Assembly (NCBI RefSeq): GCF_030028105.1
Contig: NC_092370.1
Span: 174,974,647 to 175,038,646 of the forward strand
Length of the DNA stretch: 64,000 nt
Direction: 5' to 3'
DNA from: Mobula birostris
Lineage: Eukaryota
Position 1 is the first letter of the stretch. Every line of letters starts with the position of its first letter. Of the stretch, positions 40,005-53,904 are shown piece by piece. The notes under the pieces were generated by a model, which saw only the letters and a program-made list of their open reading frames with translations, made no database searches and was not told the origin of the DNA. Both the position numbers and the translations under genes were made by a program.

Positions 40005-40235
40005 TAAACACGAGTAAGTCTGCAGGTACTGGAAATCCAAAGCAACACATGTAAAATGTTGGAGGAATCCAGAAGGTCAGGTAGCATCTATGGAAAAGAG
40101 TAAACAGTCGATGTTTTGGGCTGAGATTCTTCTTTAGAGCTGAAGGGTCTTGGCATGAAACATCAACTACCTATTCATTTTCGTAGATCTGCCTGATCTG
40201 CCAAGTTCCTCCAGCATTTTGTGTGTGTTGCTTTA
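40005..40235. mobile_element. Fold-back Penelope-derived element
   Basis: AAAGCAACACATGTAAAATGTTGGAGGAA ... TTCCTCCAGCATTTTGTGTGTGTTGCTTT inverted arms. Confidence 0.75.
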
Positions 40236-40849
40236 GATCTTTTAATGTTTTACTCATGTCGTGTGAAATAATTGATCATGTCTGGAGGTATTTAAAAAGT
40301 TAGTTGTGGAATAGATTGTAAAATTTCTATTTTGTGACTTCAAAGTCAAGATCAAAAAAAGAAATGAAGACAAGCCCTCGTCCCTGTTACTTCTGTCATA
40401 ATTCTCTGAATTCATAGAGAACAGTATTACAGTGGATTTTACACTGTTAAGGAAAACACTGTCAGTAGTAAAATGGTAGAAAATTTTATAATCAGTCTAA
40501 ATGCAGGATGTATTTCAAATAGCTTCTAATTATTTTTGTGTTTTTAACACTACAATCTCTGTACCAGGTTGTGTAAGGAATGAAAAATTATTTTAATTCT
40601 GTGTTGTTGGCAGGCTCCTGATCCCAGCTTGACTGCTGAGGTTGATGCCAGACTTTGACAAACTACAGCCATATGCATACAGCCTTGCAGCACCTCTGCA
40701 TCGCATATAATGCAATTGTATGAGAATATCTTCATCATTATTAAAAAAGCCCATATAGTTTGGTATAATTTCTACAGTTTATTTTAATGTAAGTTTAACA
40801 ATGGTGCATATTTTTCTAGATAATTGTAGAAAGCGTTATGCCAAAATGC

Positions 40850-42520
40850 TTAACAGGGATTGGGTCTCTCTGTGATTCCCTTTCCTGCTTTTCCCTCCCC
40901 ACTGATCCCTCACCTGGCACTTCACTCTGCAGCTAATCTAACACTACAACCCCCTACCCCCTCCCCTCCCAACACACCACCATTCATGGCCCTGAACAAG
41001 TGAGGTAGCACTTGAGATGTAAATCCATCTGTGTCATTTATTGTATCCAGTGCTCCCAGTGTAGCCTGACATAGATTTGGAAATTGCTTCGTTGAGCACC
41101 TTTGCTCTATGCGCTTTAACAACAAGGATCTTCCAGTGGCCAGCCATTTTAATTCCACTTCCCAGTCTCACACTGACATGTCTGTCGATGGTCTTTTCTA
41201 CTGTTAAATTAAGGCTAGACACATGAGAAAGACTACACCTCGTATCTGTCTTGATAATCTCCCACCTGAGGGCATCAAAATCAATTTCTCTTCTAAGTTC
41301 AAAGTGTGACGTAAGTTTATTATCAAAGTACATATCTGTCACCATATACAGCCCTGAGATTTATTTTCTTGCAGGCATACTCAGTAAATTCAAGAACCAT
41401 AATGGACTCAATGAAAGATGGCATCCAACAAGGTGGACAAGCAACTAATATGCAAAGGACAGCAAACTGCACAAATAGCAAAAGTAAAAATAAATAACTG
41501 AATGAATGAATGAATGATAAATATCAAGAACATGAGACGAGGAACCTTTGAAAGTGAGTCCATAGGTTGTGGGAACAGTTCAGTGATGGGGGAGGTGAAG
41601 TAGAGTGCAGTTATTCTCACCGGTTCAAAAACTTGATGGTTGAAGGGTAATAACTGTTCCTGAACCTGTTGATGAGAGTCCTGAGGCTCCTGTACCACCT
41701 GCTTGATGGCAGCAGTGAGATAAGAGCATGGCCTGTGTGGTGGGGTTCCCTGATGATGCATGCTGCATTCCTGTGACAGCAATCCATGTAAATGTACTTT
41801 ATCTGTGATGGATTAGGTCATATCCATGACTTATTGTAGGATTTTCTGTTCAAAGGCATTAGTGTTTCCTTACCAGGCTGTGATACAACCAGTCAACATG
41901 CTTTCCACCACACATAGAGAGAAGTTTGTCAAAGTTTTAAATGTCATGCTGAATCTTTGCAAATTTCTAAGGAAGTAGATTTGCTGACGTGATTTCTTCG
42001 TAATTGTACTTACATGCTGAGCTCAGGACAGGTCCTCTGAAATGATAACACCGAGGAATTTTAAAGTTGCTAACTTCTTGTAACCACTCACCTTTACTTC
42101 CCCATTTTGTTTTCCCTCATTCCTCTGGCCCTTTTACCCATTTTCTTTCTCTCCTATGCCTTCATTCACACCTTCCTCCCACTGGCTCCTCATCTCCTTC
42201 CCTTTATTCTATTGTCTCCTATCAGATTCCTACTTTTTAGCCTTTTGTTTCTTCCACCTATCACATCCTAGCTTCTTACATCAATCCCACTTCCCCCCCT
42301 ACCTACCTACATTCCCCCTCACCTGGTTTCATCTATCACCCGCCAGCTTGTACTTGTTCCCATTCCTCCCACTTTTTCATTCTGGCTTCTGTCATCTTTC
42401 TTTCCAGTCCTGTTGTATGGTCTCAGGTTGAAATGTTGACTGTTCAGTATCCTCCATAGATTCTACCAGACCTGCTGAGTTCCTCCAGATTTTCAGCATC
42501 TGCATTCTCTTTTGTGTTTC
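40850..42520 (+). mobile_element. Old Penelope-like element interrupted by a Rex1 LINE
   Basis: GIY-YIG-like sequence at 41000-41292 resumes at about 42070 (CTAACTTC) and ends in the Penelope terminal motif. Confidence 0.7.
41295..42069 (-). mobile_element. Rex1/Babar-type LINE 3' part
   Basis: RT C-terminal remnants, and a tail seen on + as AAGTTCAAAG..TTTATTATCAAAGTACAT. Confidence 0.8.
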
Positions 42521-42884
42521 CATGATACCAAAATTGCAGTTGTTTGCTTTTTATGGTTAAAATTTTTGACTTTGGAAGTCTTAATTTTACAGAAGTGTGC
42601 TAATTCTTTAATAATGCATTTAGGCCTACACCGTTAATACTCCATTGTGAAAGTAAGAAGCAACATTTCTAGCCTATTGAACATCCACTTCCAAAATCTC
42701 TTTAGGTGAATTGAGCAAACCAACTCTCTTTCTCCATTTTTCTATACTTTATATCTTTGCCTTCTTGTCTTCTTTTCTTTGCCCCTCATTTTTCTAGACC
42801 TTTTTTCCCTTCCAAAGCATTAAGAAAATTTACAGTGCAAGAGGCCAAGCAGCCCAATTATGTCATTGTTATCAAAAGCTACAC

Positions 42885-43060
42885 AGAGAAATTTTTTTCT
42901 CAATAAATAAATGAACAAGTATAATGTTTTTGTGTTATTTATTTAATTGGGTTCTCTTCATCTAGTTTTAGGACAGGTGAAGATCTGATCACACTTTAGG
43001 TCATATTCATGCAGAAATAGAAAAAGTTCAATAGTGTTCACAAACTTTCTAACACCACTG
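42885..43060. mobile_element. Tc1-like TIR fragment
   Basis: Ends ..CAAACTTTCTAACACCACTG followed by TA. A related piece is at about 44485-44530. Confidence 0.6.
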
Positions 43061-43647
43061 TAGATTCTATTTATCTCAGTGTGAATAATAATTCATATTA
43101 TCTACTGTATCTTGACCAGTATAATTTAATACTTTTCAATTAATTCTGCTCTCAACTCACTCTGTTCCAAAAGGAAATAAAATCCATATAAACTATTAAT
43201 TCTTCATAGGTAGGATTTTTGCTGTCCTGAAAACATTCTGATGTCAATAAATAAATAAAATACATAAATAAATGGTGTCTCTACTCTCTGTCATGCTATT
43301 GCATCCTTCTTACATTGGTGATCAACACTGCACATAATAATTCAGTTTTCCTGATTAGTATTTTTTGCAAGAGACTGTAAATGCTGTAATCTGGAACTTA
43401 GTGCGTCCAGAGGTATCTGTGGTGGCAGATGGGTGGTTGACATTACTGGTCTAGATAGTACATTGGAATTTAGACCTGAAAATATAACTGTTTGTGAGAC
43501 ACAACTCACACTTTCTTGCTTGTTAATTCTCTAAAGATCTCATGCTTCCTTCACAATATTGTGTAATATGCATTTTCTTCTCTAGTTGGTGTTCCCTGAA
43601 TACATTATATCAGACACTGTTAATGCTCAAACAATAAGGACACATTT

Positions 43648-44488
43648 TAGAAACATTGAAACATAGAAAATAGGTGCAGGAGTAGGCTATTCGGCCCTTC
43701 GATCCTGTACCGCCATTCAGTATGATCATGGCTGATTATCCAACTCAGAACCCTGTACCAGCCTTCTCTCCATACCCCCCCCCCCGATCCCTTTAGCCAC
43801 AAGGGCCATATCTAACTCCCTCTTAAATATAGCCAATGAACTGGCCTCAACTGTTTCCTGTGGCAGAGAATTCCACAGATTCACCACTCTCTGTGTGAAG
43901 AAGTTTTTCCTCATCTCGGTCCTAAAAGGCTTCCCCTTTATCCTCAAACTGTGACCCCTCGTTCTGGACTTCCCCAACATCGGGAACAATCTTCCTGCAT
44001 CTAGCCTGTCCAATCCCTTTAGAATTTTATACGTTTCAATAAGATCCCCCCCTCAATCTTCTAAATTCCAACGAGTATAAGCCTAGTTGATCCAGTCTTT
44101 CATCACATGAAAGTCCTGCCATCCCAGGAATCAATCTGGTGAACCTTCTTTGTCCTCCCTCTATGGCAAGAATGTTTTTCCTCAGATTAGGGGACCAAAA
44201 CTGCACACACTACTCCAGGTGTGGTCTCACCAAGGCTTTGTATAACTTCAGTAGTACCTCCCTGCTCCTGTACTCGAATCCTCTTGCTATGAATGCCAGC
44301 ATACCATTTGCCTTTTTCACCGCCTGCTGTACCTGCATGCCCACTTTCAATGACTGGTGTACAATGACACCCAGATCTCATTGCACCTCCCCTTTTCCTA
44401 ATCAGCCTCCATTCAGATAATAATCTGTTTTCCTGTTCTTGCCACCAAAGTGGATAACCTCACATTTATCCACATTAAATTGCATCTG
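43648..44488 (-). mobile_element. Young CR1 LINE 3' end
   Basis: (CATAGAAA)-like tail; ORF 43726-44013. Nearly identical in reverse complement to 63406-64000. Confidence 0.93.
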
Positions 44489-45174
44489 ATTACATTTTGG
44501 GTCATATTTATGCAGAAATGCATAACTGTACTTTCAACATTTCCATTCAATACCTGAGGGCCGCCATCTTTACATCCCACAATTTCCCTCTCTTCTTTTT
44601 AGTGCACGCGCATACCAGGGAGAGTGTGTGTGTGAATACTTACATAGTCCAAATAAACAGAACTCAACAATTTCCCATATTTTTATGTATATATTAAAAT
44701 TAAATTTGAAAAAAATTTAAAGACAATTCAAATGTCCATTAGGATATAAGAATTAGTTCTAACCCTTGATGTTAATACAATTCTTAAGGTACCAAGTGCC
44801 TTTAACAGCACAAGAGCTGGAACTCCCTTCTTTGTGAGACAGTCAGCTAGTTGCTTCTTTGTGGTTGACCATAGCACATGATGAATTTTCAGTGCTCAGA
44901 CAAGTTCTTTGATGCTGCTTATCTCTAGATGAAGCCTTTTCTTGATAACTAACTTGGTGGATTTGATGGCATTAACCAAAGAGTAGTTTTGTCTGTGACA
45001 CAAGTTATTTGTAGACTGTTCTTCTTTGGGTCACTGTGGTAAACCTCAGAATAGAGTGTGGCCAGAAAAACAACATTGTCCATACCTTCAGACATTGCAA
45101 GGGTTTCTCCTGCCAGTGTACTCCATAAAACTCTTCATATCCTTTCTGATTGCCAATAGAGAGGAGAAAATCTT

Positions 45175-45795
45175 AGCAACATACACAAGATGCCGGAAGA
45201 ACTCAGCAGACCTGACAGCATCTATGGAAAAGAGTGCAGATGACATTTTGGGCTGAGATCCTTCATCTGGACTGGAGAAAAAATATGAGGAGTCAAAGTA
45301 AGAAGGTAGGGGAAGGGGAGGAAGAAACACAAGGTGATAGGTGAAATTGGGTGGGGGAGGGGTAAAGTAAAGAGCTGGCAAATTGATTGGTGAAAGAGAT
45401 ACAAGGCTGGAGAAGGGGGGATATCAAGGCTGATAGGAGAGGACAGAATGCCATGGAAGGAAGAAAAGGAGGAGGAGAACTAGAGGGAGGTGATGGGCAG
45501 GTAAGGAGATAAGGTGAGGGAGGGGAATGGTGATGTGGGGGGCATTACCTGAAGTTTGAGAAATCGGTGTTCATCCCATCAGGTTGGAGGCTACCCAGAT
45601 GGAATATAAGGTGTTGCTCCTCCAGCCTGTGTGGCCTCATTGCGACAGTAGAGGAAGCCATGGACTGATGTCGGAATGGGAATGGATTGTGAAATTAAAA
45701 TGGGCGGCCACTGGGAGATCCTGCTTTTTCTAGTGGACGGAGCATAGGTGCTCAGCGAAGTGGTCTCCCAATCTACATCGAGTCTCGCCGATAAG
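45175..45795 (-). mobile_element. Penelope-like element inserted in the Copia RNaseH
   Basis: GIY-YIG tail (IGETRCRLGDHFAEH) plus the terminal motif. Flanked by TCTT/TCTT. The Copia reading frame rejoins across it. Confidence 0.88.
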
Positions 45796-47737
45796 TCTTC
45801 CCATTTCCCCCATCAGTACAATGAAATGTCCCCCTTGAGTACTTTCATCAGGAAGTTTTCAAAGTGAGGCATCACTGAAGACAATGAGTCTTAGTGAGCT
45901 ATCTTTTCCAAGCTGTTGTAACTTAAAGACTGCTTTTTTGAATTGAATTCTGCACAATATCTTGATTGCCTCATGTAAAGTTTGTACTGTGGCATCAAAC
46001 GTGATGTCAGGTCTGCTCTGCCTTGCCACCCATAGAATCTGACCTATCTTTGACCTAAGTTGCTCAGCTTCAGCTTCACTGAAGGGTGCATCCATTGTGT
46101 GGCACATGATTTCTTGTAGACACTGCCTTTTGGCCAATGTCTCTAGCTTCCTCAAATACTCCATTATTTCTCCAACTTCTGATTTCATTCTGTATTGCAG
46201 ATTCAAATGCACCTCTTTAGTTACTGGAACATCTTCTTGATATTTCTTGGATGGTCCAGCTTGATCTATACTTGATTCAATATGAAGTCTGTCAACACAT
46301 GACATGTTGACTGACCCTGCAGTGCCAGTAACCATGACTGGTTCTAGGGAATTCAAGTTCTACCAACTTTTGTTTCTCCCAGTGGCTTTGCCTGCTCGTC
46401 CCAAGACTTCAGCTTTGTATGAGATGCCAGTGTCTTGGTCTACAAATCTAACAGTTTGTCCTGTTTTAAGACTGAAACTTCCATGTTGTCTTCGCACTTG
46501 TGATAATTTCTGTTCAGGCAAGTCTGTTAAGTTCCCATCTGCACTCTCCACAACTCCAACCCGACCAATGACAACTCCTGGACCTTTCCATTCTGTACAG
46601 TATGCTGTTTTGTAATACACTTTGTCCCCTGTGTCATATTTGTTATTTGTAGGACGGACCTGTGCCCTCAGTGCTCTTCGAATTCTCTCTGAACACTCTG
46701 CTTCAGTGAAAGTTTTCCTTGATGCATGCAGTTTTGAAATATGTTTCCCAACCCATTCACTCCTTGTAGGGCCACCTAGAGCAGGTGGTCTGTCAACCAG
46801 TATAGAGGGAAGGTTTGGATTCTGACCGAACACCAATCGATATGGTCTATAGCCATATACATTGTACATAGTGTTCTTCACCATAAGGGCCCAGTCCAGG
46901 GCTGTATTCCAATCATAGCCCTTGCTTTTCTTTACCTTCAGCATTGTTTCTGTAAGCGTTTGATTATGTCACTCCACAAGTCAGTTACTCCAAGTACTAT
47001 ATGCCACTGTTGTCTTTGTTTCAGTGTTAGAGTTCTCTGCCGTATCTCTGAGGGTCTCTTTGTATTTACAATGCTACCAGCACCGAAAGGTGTGAACTAT
47101 CAATGATGTGGAGGTACCATACTCCTTGCTGCAGTTCATATAGGTCTATGGCTACTGTTTTTTGTATTCAGATGCGGTGGCAGACCAACTGCAGGATTGG
47201 GTTTGGGTTTTGGCATGTCTCACAGCTGTCAATTTTAGAATTGAAAAATAATCTGCATCTTTGTTTCCAGAACTCTTGAGCAGTTTCTGAAGTCTATCAA
47301 TTGAAACTTCTTGTAAAGTTTGAAGAACACTTAGCAGTTCTCATCTATGGTTGTGTTTTGTGTGACAGTTAGTACTTCATTCTCACATTGGTTCTCCGTA
47401 ATACCTTCATCTGGAACGTTCGCACTGTGATGTCCAGAGCTGGTGATTTCAAGAGACAGTGGCTGTTGAAATATTGTAGGTTGATCATTCTCCATATCCA
47501 GTACTGCTTTCTTTAGGGAAGATTTACTCAAGAGTAATGGAATGTTCACTGGTACCACCTCTGTTTCAATGTAACAATTCGTCTGCCCTATGTTTTTGGG
47601 TATTTTCACTCTTGGTGGAATGTACAATCTTTCCATCTCCAAATTTGAATGCTTTATATGTATCTCTGTTCACCAGTTTCTGCACTTCATTTTGGCTTAG
47701 TTCACTCACACAGCTTTCAAGCCATTTTTCTCCATAC

Positions 47738-47763
47738 AGTGTGTGTGTGTGTGTATATATATA
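47738..47763. repeat. (TG)n(TA)n microsatellite
   Basis: GTGTGTGTGTGTGTATATATATA. Confidence 0.85.
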
Positions 47764-47776
47764 CTGTATCTTAGAG

Positions 47777-49741
47777 CAGGGATCCCCAACCTTTTTTGCA
47801 CCGCGGACCGGTTTAATATTGACGATGTTCTTGTGGACGGGGGGGTGGGGGGGGTGGTGGTGGTGGTGTTAATCACGACTGGAATATAGGTGATAAGTCA
47901 ACTATAAGTCACTTATCAGTTGCTAATACACTCAGTTTTGTTTCTAAAAGGGTTTATCTAACAAATTTAATATTAAACACACAACGCGTATTTTCCTTGC
48001 GTGAATATAGTGATAAGTCAATTATAAGTCATAAGGGGGTTCCTTATGTCCAGTCTATTCCGTAATTTAGTTTTCGTTCCATTCATTGCAGAAAACTCTG
48101 CTTCGCAGAGATATGATGTTGGAAATGGAAGCAATGTTTTCAGTGATTTCGTGGCTATCTCAGCCTTGACTTTGATCCTGAATGCCGGCAGAAATGTTAT
48201 GTCAAACATACTTTTCAGCCCACCGTCATTTGCAAGCTCGAGGAGTTGGTCTTCTTCCCACACTGACATGGATGATTCACTGGGGACATTCACAAAAAGG
48301 TCACGGGCCCATTCCTTTGCACGTCTTGGGTCATATGTGGTTGTGAAGTAACGCTTGAATTCTGTCGACAGCAAAGATAGGTGTTCGCGCACCATCTGTG
48401 AGCCTCAGTCTCTCCCTAATTCGCAGCTAATGTTGGGAACATGTCAAATATGCCCCTGTCCACTCGCCATCCCCACAGTTCCAGTTTGGCTGTGAAAGCA
48501 GACACTTAACTGTCTTCAAGTTGGCAGATAGTCATTCTCCCTTGAAGTGACAAATTGAGTTCATTGAGCAGGTTGAAGATGTCACACAGATAAGCAAGTT
48601 TTGCTATGCACTCCTCATCACTGAAGTGTGCTGCCAGTGGTGACTTTTTTCCTGAAAGAAATCTCTGTAGCTTCTCTCTTAACTCAAAAACCCTGGCCAG
48701 GGCTCTCCCCCTTGATAGCCACCTGACTTCAGTGTGTAAAAGAAGGCATTTGTGCTCTGCATCCATTTCCTCGCAAAGCTGTTCAAACAGATGTGAGTTA
48801 AGGGCTTTTGCTTTAATGTGATTGATAACTTCAATAATGTCACTCAATACTTAAGATCAGGTGACATTTTTGGGCTAGCCAGCATTTCCCTGTGTGTGAC
48901 ACAGTGTGTAGACTGGCATTCAGGAGCAACTTCTTTGACTCGGGTAGTGAAACCAGACTCATTAAGCTGTTCCAACAGCTGTACTTCGATGTCCTCTGCT
49001 ATGTCATCGATTCTCCTTGAAACTGTGGTAGCTGAAAGAGAAACCTGTGCCATCTTGTTAGCTGCAGCTTCTCCCAACAGTTTACGGCACATGTCCTTGG
49101 CAGCAGGCAGAATCAGTTCTTCATCAACAGTGAAAGGCTTCTTAGCCTTAGCAATATGGCTAGCCACTAAGTACAATGCTCTCAGAGCAGCAGCAGTTGT
49201 GGAGGTGGTGGCTGTCAGCACTTGCTTCTGTCCCGCTTGCTCACGTTTTTTCTGCTCAAAAAACTCAACTGGTTTGTCTTTAGTGCAGGGTGCTTAGACT
49301 CAAGGTGCCGAAGCAGTTTTGAGGGCTTCATTGCCTCATTAGACAGCTTGTCTCCACATATCACACACAGGAGGCTTGGAGCATGAGAGTCACCGGTCGC
49401 AATAAAGCCATATTTTATGTACAACTTGTCGTATTTTCTGTTGAAGGGGAGCTTTCTTTTTTTTGCAGTCTCGGCCTCAGCTGTCTCTGCGTTATCATCA
49501 TTGTTCAGCCTTTTATGTCCCCTACCATCTCTTCCAAAGAAACTCTCAAGCGACGTTTGTTTTTTACTCATCGATTAGTTGTAGGTTAATGACCGACTGA
49601 TGTCCTCGCGTGGGTAATGACCTCGCGTGCGTTCAAATTCAACAGTGCGTGACAGGGAATGAGGAAGGGTGCAGTTGACTCATATCGTTTCCTCGCAGCC
49701 CGGTAGCACATGCTTTGCGGCCCGGTGGTTGGGCACCACTG
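47777..49741 (-). mobile_element. hAT Charlie/Buster transposon (ZBED5/SCAND3-like), deleted
   Basis: TIRs CAGGGATCCCCAACC and GGTTGGGCACCACTG. 8-bp TSD TCTTAGAG/TCCTAGAG. BED finger (CVICGDKLSNEAMKPSKLLRH), HTEVRWLSRG and PFPTSYLCE. Confidence 0.95.
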
Positions 49742-52499
49742 TCCTAGAGATTCGATCATCAAAATCTCTGCCTCAGAAGTCTCTGCATTAGTGATTACTT
49801 CACAAACAATGTGATATGGCACTCTTCTACATCTTCAGATTTGTTATTTTCTTCAGTTAGCCTAACTTGTTTGGTTCTGTGTCAACAGTTTCTTGCCTAG
49901 TGATAAGTACTTTGAGATACCGCACATTTCAATCTCCTACTGTATGTGTTTATTGGATTTGTGCCAGATAATGGTACCCTTGTCTGGTCCTTCTGGGACC
50001 TACGCTTACTATTTGCTTGTTTCTGCTTAGTGAAGTATGCAGTTTCCTGGCTGAAACTAATTCTGACTGTTGTCTTAGTGACCTTTTCTCCAAAAATCCT
50101 CTTCTGTACTGATTTCATAGATGCAAATGTAAGTGCTGTGCATGCAGTTAATACTAGCTACTTACCCCTTATGTCTAGACATGCAGTATTGAACAATTTA
50201 AAAACTAATACAGCACCAGCAAGTTTTATATTTATACATGTGACTGTACTTTTGTTGAATTGTCTCTATAAATTTTTGTCAAAGTTCTGAATATGCCTCA
50301 TAAGTCCGATCCTTCAAAAAACAGTCAAGTGCATTCATCTGCTAGTGTGGGATCAGTGGTGTGCTAGATTCCACAAGCTTCCACTACTCTCTGCTCATTA
50401 CCAAATCTTCTTTCGTCTTTGCTTTTTCACCATCAGTCACTCTCTTTCCCCTGTTTTTTATGCTCCCACTTACTCCCCCCTTGCTTTTCTCATCTGTTCC
50501 CTCTTCCCTCATGTGTCTCCCCCTTGTTCATTCACTATCCCCGGTGCTCATTCCTTTCTGTACTGCTTGTTCTTTTCTTGACTCATTTCTTCATGTTTTT
50601 GCTTGTTCCTTTCATCCCGTTGGCAGCTCCCTCCTTTCATTCTCCCTTAATCCTATAGTACACTCAATCCTTCCCCAACAAAGTGTCCTTTCAATCTCTT
50701 TGGCCTTCAATCCCCTTTTTTCTCTCACATTTGCTGTTTGCCTGTTCTAATTGCCTGGTTATCAGAACCTGTTTGGTGTGCAGCTCTGGTGGAGAGTTGG
50801 ATGAAACATTGTCTTCACCGAAATGGTCTCTCTATGCGACTGTGACTTGACAGTCAACTACTTTAGACTCTTATGGGGCTATTGTTTGCCAGTAGGTCCA
50901 ATACTTTGTTGAGGGGTTATCCCTGGAAAAAGTGACATGGCATTTGAATAGGAGCAGTAAGATTATCTTCAAAAAGACTGCAATGGGACACAGCTTTTGC
51001 CACCTCATAGAAATAAGGCATCAATCCTAAGTTACCAAAATTAATCTATAAGCAAGGTTAAAATTAAATTTGCTTTAATAAAAACAGATAACTTGTCATG
51101 GGTTAGTCTCTTGTATATTGCACTTAAAATTGTGTTTTAAATTGAAATTCAAAAGAAGCTGCAAAGCTTCAGGTAGCTTGGAATGATTCCAATTTGTAAT
51201 GTCAGAAAATGAGGTCTGTTAACACTAATATTGTGTAATTCCTGTTTCTAATATTCACCCAAAGTAAGAAAAGCAATTTTAAATACTTCTACGTATATTG
51301 ATCATGCTGCATGTGGTGAAAAGGAAATTAAATTGAACATTCTTGTGACCCCATTAACATAACCTCAAAATATATTCAACATGTTTACAAAACTTACAGC
51401 ATTATCAAAATAGGAAATGAGACTTTAAAATTTAATTGAGCTCCTGTGGGGCGATTCTTCAAAATAGGACCAAATTTGTTTTAGGCCAATAGATTTCTTG
51501 TGCCTGTTCCACCATTCTATGAAAAAGTGACAAACCTGTGACTAAGTTCAAATGCTCATGTAAAGACCAAAATCAAATAAAATACAATTCCTTGGGTCAG
51601 TCAACTTCAGTAAATTTAACATTCAGGCACAATATTCTTATATAGAAACACTACTCCAAAAATTCCTTGACAAAAGATTTTAGGCTAAGTGATATATAGT
51701 ATAACTTCAAATTTCCCATTGATTATTCTGAAATAGTGAACTGACATGTAGAGTTTTTCTACAAAAGTGAATAGCTTGCAGATTTTAAAAAAGACATTGG
51801 ATGATTGTAATTTGGACGTGGGCAGTTCTTTTCAAAATGAAGGATGGAAATGCTTTGGTCGCAGTGATTTGTCATCATTAGTGCTACTATCTTAATTTCT
51901 GTTCTTTTGCTAATTGCTACTATTAAATTCAGTATTCATGAGATATTCAGTATGCTCTCATTTTCCTCTCTGATATAAGAAATTCTTCAATATAGCTATC
52001 ACTTCCTTATTTTCAGTTATATCACTATTAACAATAGGCTCATATTGCTGCTGACTATTTTATTCTGATGTAAATGTAAAGTAAATATTGATTTTGGTAT
52101 CCTTATGCATGTGTATTTTTATAGCTCAGTGTGTTTTGTTATTTACAGCATCAGGAGACGCCATGCTAGATTATACATTACTTTGTGTTCTTTTACAAAT
52201 GTTTGTACTTTCATATTTTTTTCCTTATCAGTTCACATTTCATTTTAAACTAGATCTGTGTCACAGATAATTCAGTTGAATCATTGACAAGTTGAGTTAG
52301 GTGTTCTGAATTTCTTCTAATTAGGTATTCCTTTCACTTCAAGTTTGTGGGTTCCTAAGTGGATAGTGAAGTCAATCTGGGAATAGTACATAGGACGTGA
52401 TAGCTGATAGAGCTGCAGGTGGGTATCAGTTGTGGAGAGCCTGTGTGTTCCTGATGCATGAACTTGGGGTTCTCAGTCACATCCCAAATACTCCCTCTT

Positions 52500-52790
52500 C
52501 AGCTGTAACTCTTTCAGCCAGGATAGACACATTCAGTGTAAGAGGGTATAGATTAAGGGTGGGACGGTTGTTTAAAGGCGATTTACAAGGCAAATTTTCT
52601 ACATAGAAGCGGTAGGTGCCTGGAGTGCCAGGAGAAATGGTGGAAGCAGGTGAGATAGTAACATTTAAAGAGGCAATTTAAATGGGCACATGAATTGGCA
52701 GAGGATGAAGGAACATAATCCATCTACAGGCAATGGGATTAGTTTATGCCATCATGATCAGCACAAGATGTCATGGGTCGAACATGCTGC
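52500..52790 (+). mobile_element. Old CR1 3' fragment
   Basis: Degenerate RGYRLRV..FKGDL..F and VEAG motifs. Confidence 0.6.
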
Positions 52791-52935
52791 ATGTTCGATG
52801 GGACAGAAATTCCCACAAGTCGGTGAGGATATTCATGGAGGCTTTGAGCATATCCTTGAAACTTCACTGCTGGGGATATTCATCTGTTAGAGGACACTGT
52901 TGTCGGTTTGGTTGCCTTCCCAGTGAATATGGTGG
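52790..52935 (-). mobile_element. RTE C-terminal fragment
   Basis: The reverse strand encodes FKDMLKASMNI. Confidence 0.5.
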
Positions 52936-53364
52936 ATTTTGTGGAGATAGCATTAGTCATATTTTTCCATCGCTTTGAAGTGCCAGATAATAATCATCTG
53001 GATAAAGAAATCTGTGGATTATGATATAATACAGAACAAGAAAGAGGATGATGATTTTTGCCTTAAAAACAAAAGTGTTTCTGGACCAGTATGAGTTTAG
53101 TTTTGCAGGTAGACAGCTGAATTTAGAATTGAGTTGGCTTATTGATGCACTGCTGAAGGACATCATTCAGCCAATCAGTTGTATGTTAGTACCAGGAGAC
53201 TATTCCTACTAACCTTGTCTCAATCCAAAATATTGAGCATCCCTCTGCATCCACTACTGTTGAATTCCTAAAGCACTTTGTTTTTTTTTTGTTCCTCTCA
53301 CTTCCTTGTATTTCTACAGTCCATTCTCTCATACATCCACTTTGATTTTAATTGTCATTAACCT

Positions 53365-53505
53365 ATACTAAGGAGTAATTTACGATAGCCAATTACTTTA
53401 CCTGTACCTATTTGTGATGTAGGAGGAAAGAAGCACCCAGTAGAAACTCCTCATGGTCACATGGGGAACACACAAACTCTGCAGACAACATCCGAAATCA
53501 AGATC
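53365..53505 (-). mobile_element. V-SINE fragment
   Basis: GGAGGAAA..GCACCCAGTAGAAAC..CATGGTCACATGGGGAACACACAAACTC is the reverse of a V-domain. Confidence 0.6.
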
Positions 53506-53904
53506 AATTGTTCAATTGTTCCTAAATGCCTTAGGATACAGAATGTTGTGTATGTGGCCGTTTACACAACAATATCATTAATAAAAACGCTAGAGACTGG
53601 AGCTAAGTTAACAAGGGCTTTTACTTACAGAACCCGAACTGAACACATCAATATGCGCCTAATAGCGCATGCTCAATACGATGTATTAGTACAACATTAA
53701 GCAATCCTATATTACACAGTAGGTTATGTGGTACACTCCTCCCCTTTTATTTTAATAGTGTATCAACTTTTTTTTCTGGGGCACTACGCTAAACAAATAC
53801 GTGTACCCTTAACATACAAACGCTTACCAATTATTTACTTAGTAACTTAATAATATCAAATTATAATGAGGTAACATATTAATAATTATTATAATAATTA
53901 TAAC

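Larger units (their letters stand above)
44530..50335 (-). mobile_element. Degraded Ty1/Copia LTR retrotransposon (GalEa-like) with nested insertions
   Basis: The minus-strand order is gag, PR (IPLLLSKSSLKK), IN (WALMVKN..GYRPYRLVFGQNP), RT (LRSKIGQILWVARQSRPDI), RNaseH (IVFSDASL..TQGG; STLAGETLA). PPT AAAAGAAGAGAGGGAAA abuts TG at about 44581. No 5' LTR was found. Confidence 0.85.

Noticed and set aside
40600-40740. Possible exon after TTGGCAG
   Set aside because: All three frames stop early, there is no good donor, and no homology was recognised.
48018-49571. Domesticated ZBED5/SCAND3-type gene
   Set aside because: It is frameshifted, internally deleted, and bounded by TIRs and a TSD.
50345-50750. 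Hydrophobic ORFs suggesting membrane proteins (also 10928-11215 and 11993-12244)
   Set aside because: These are artefacts of CT- or T-rich low-complexity sequence.
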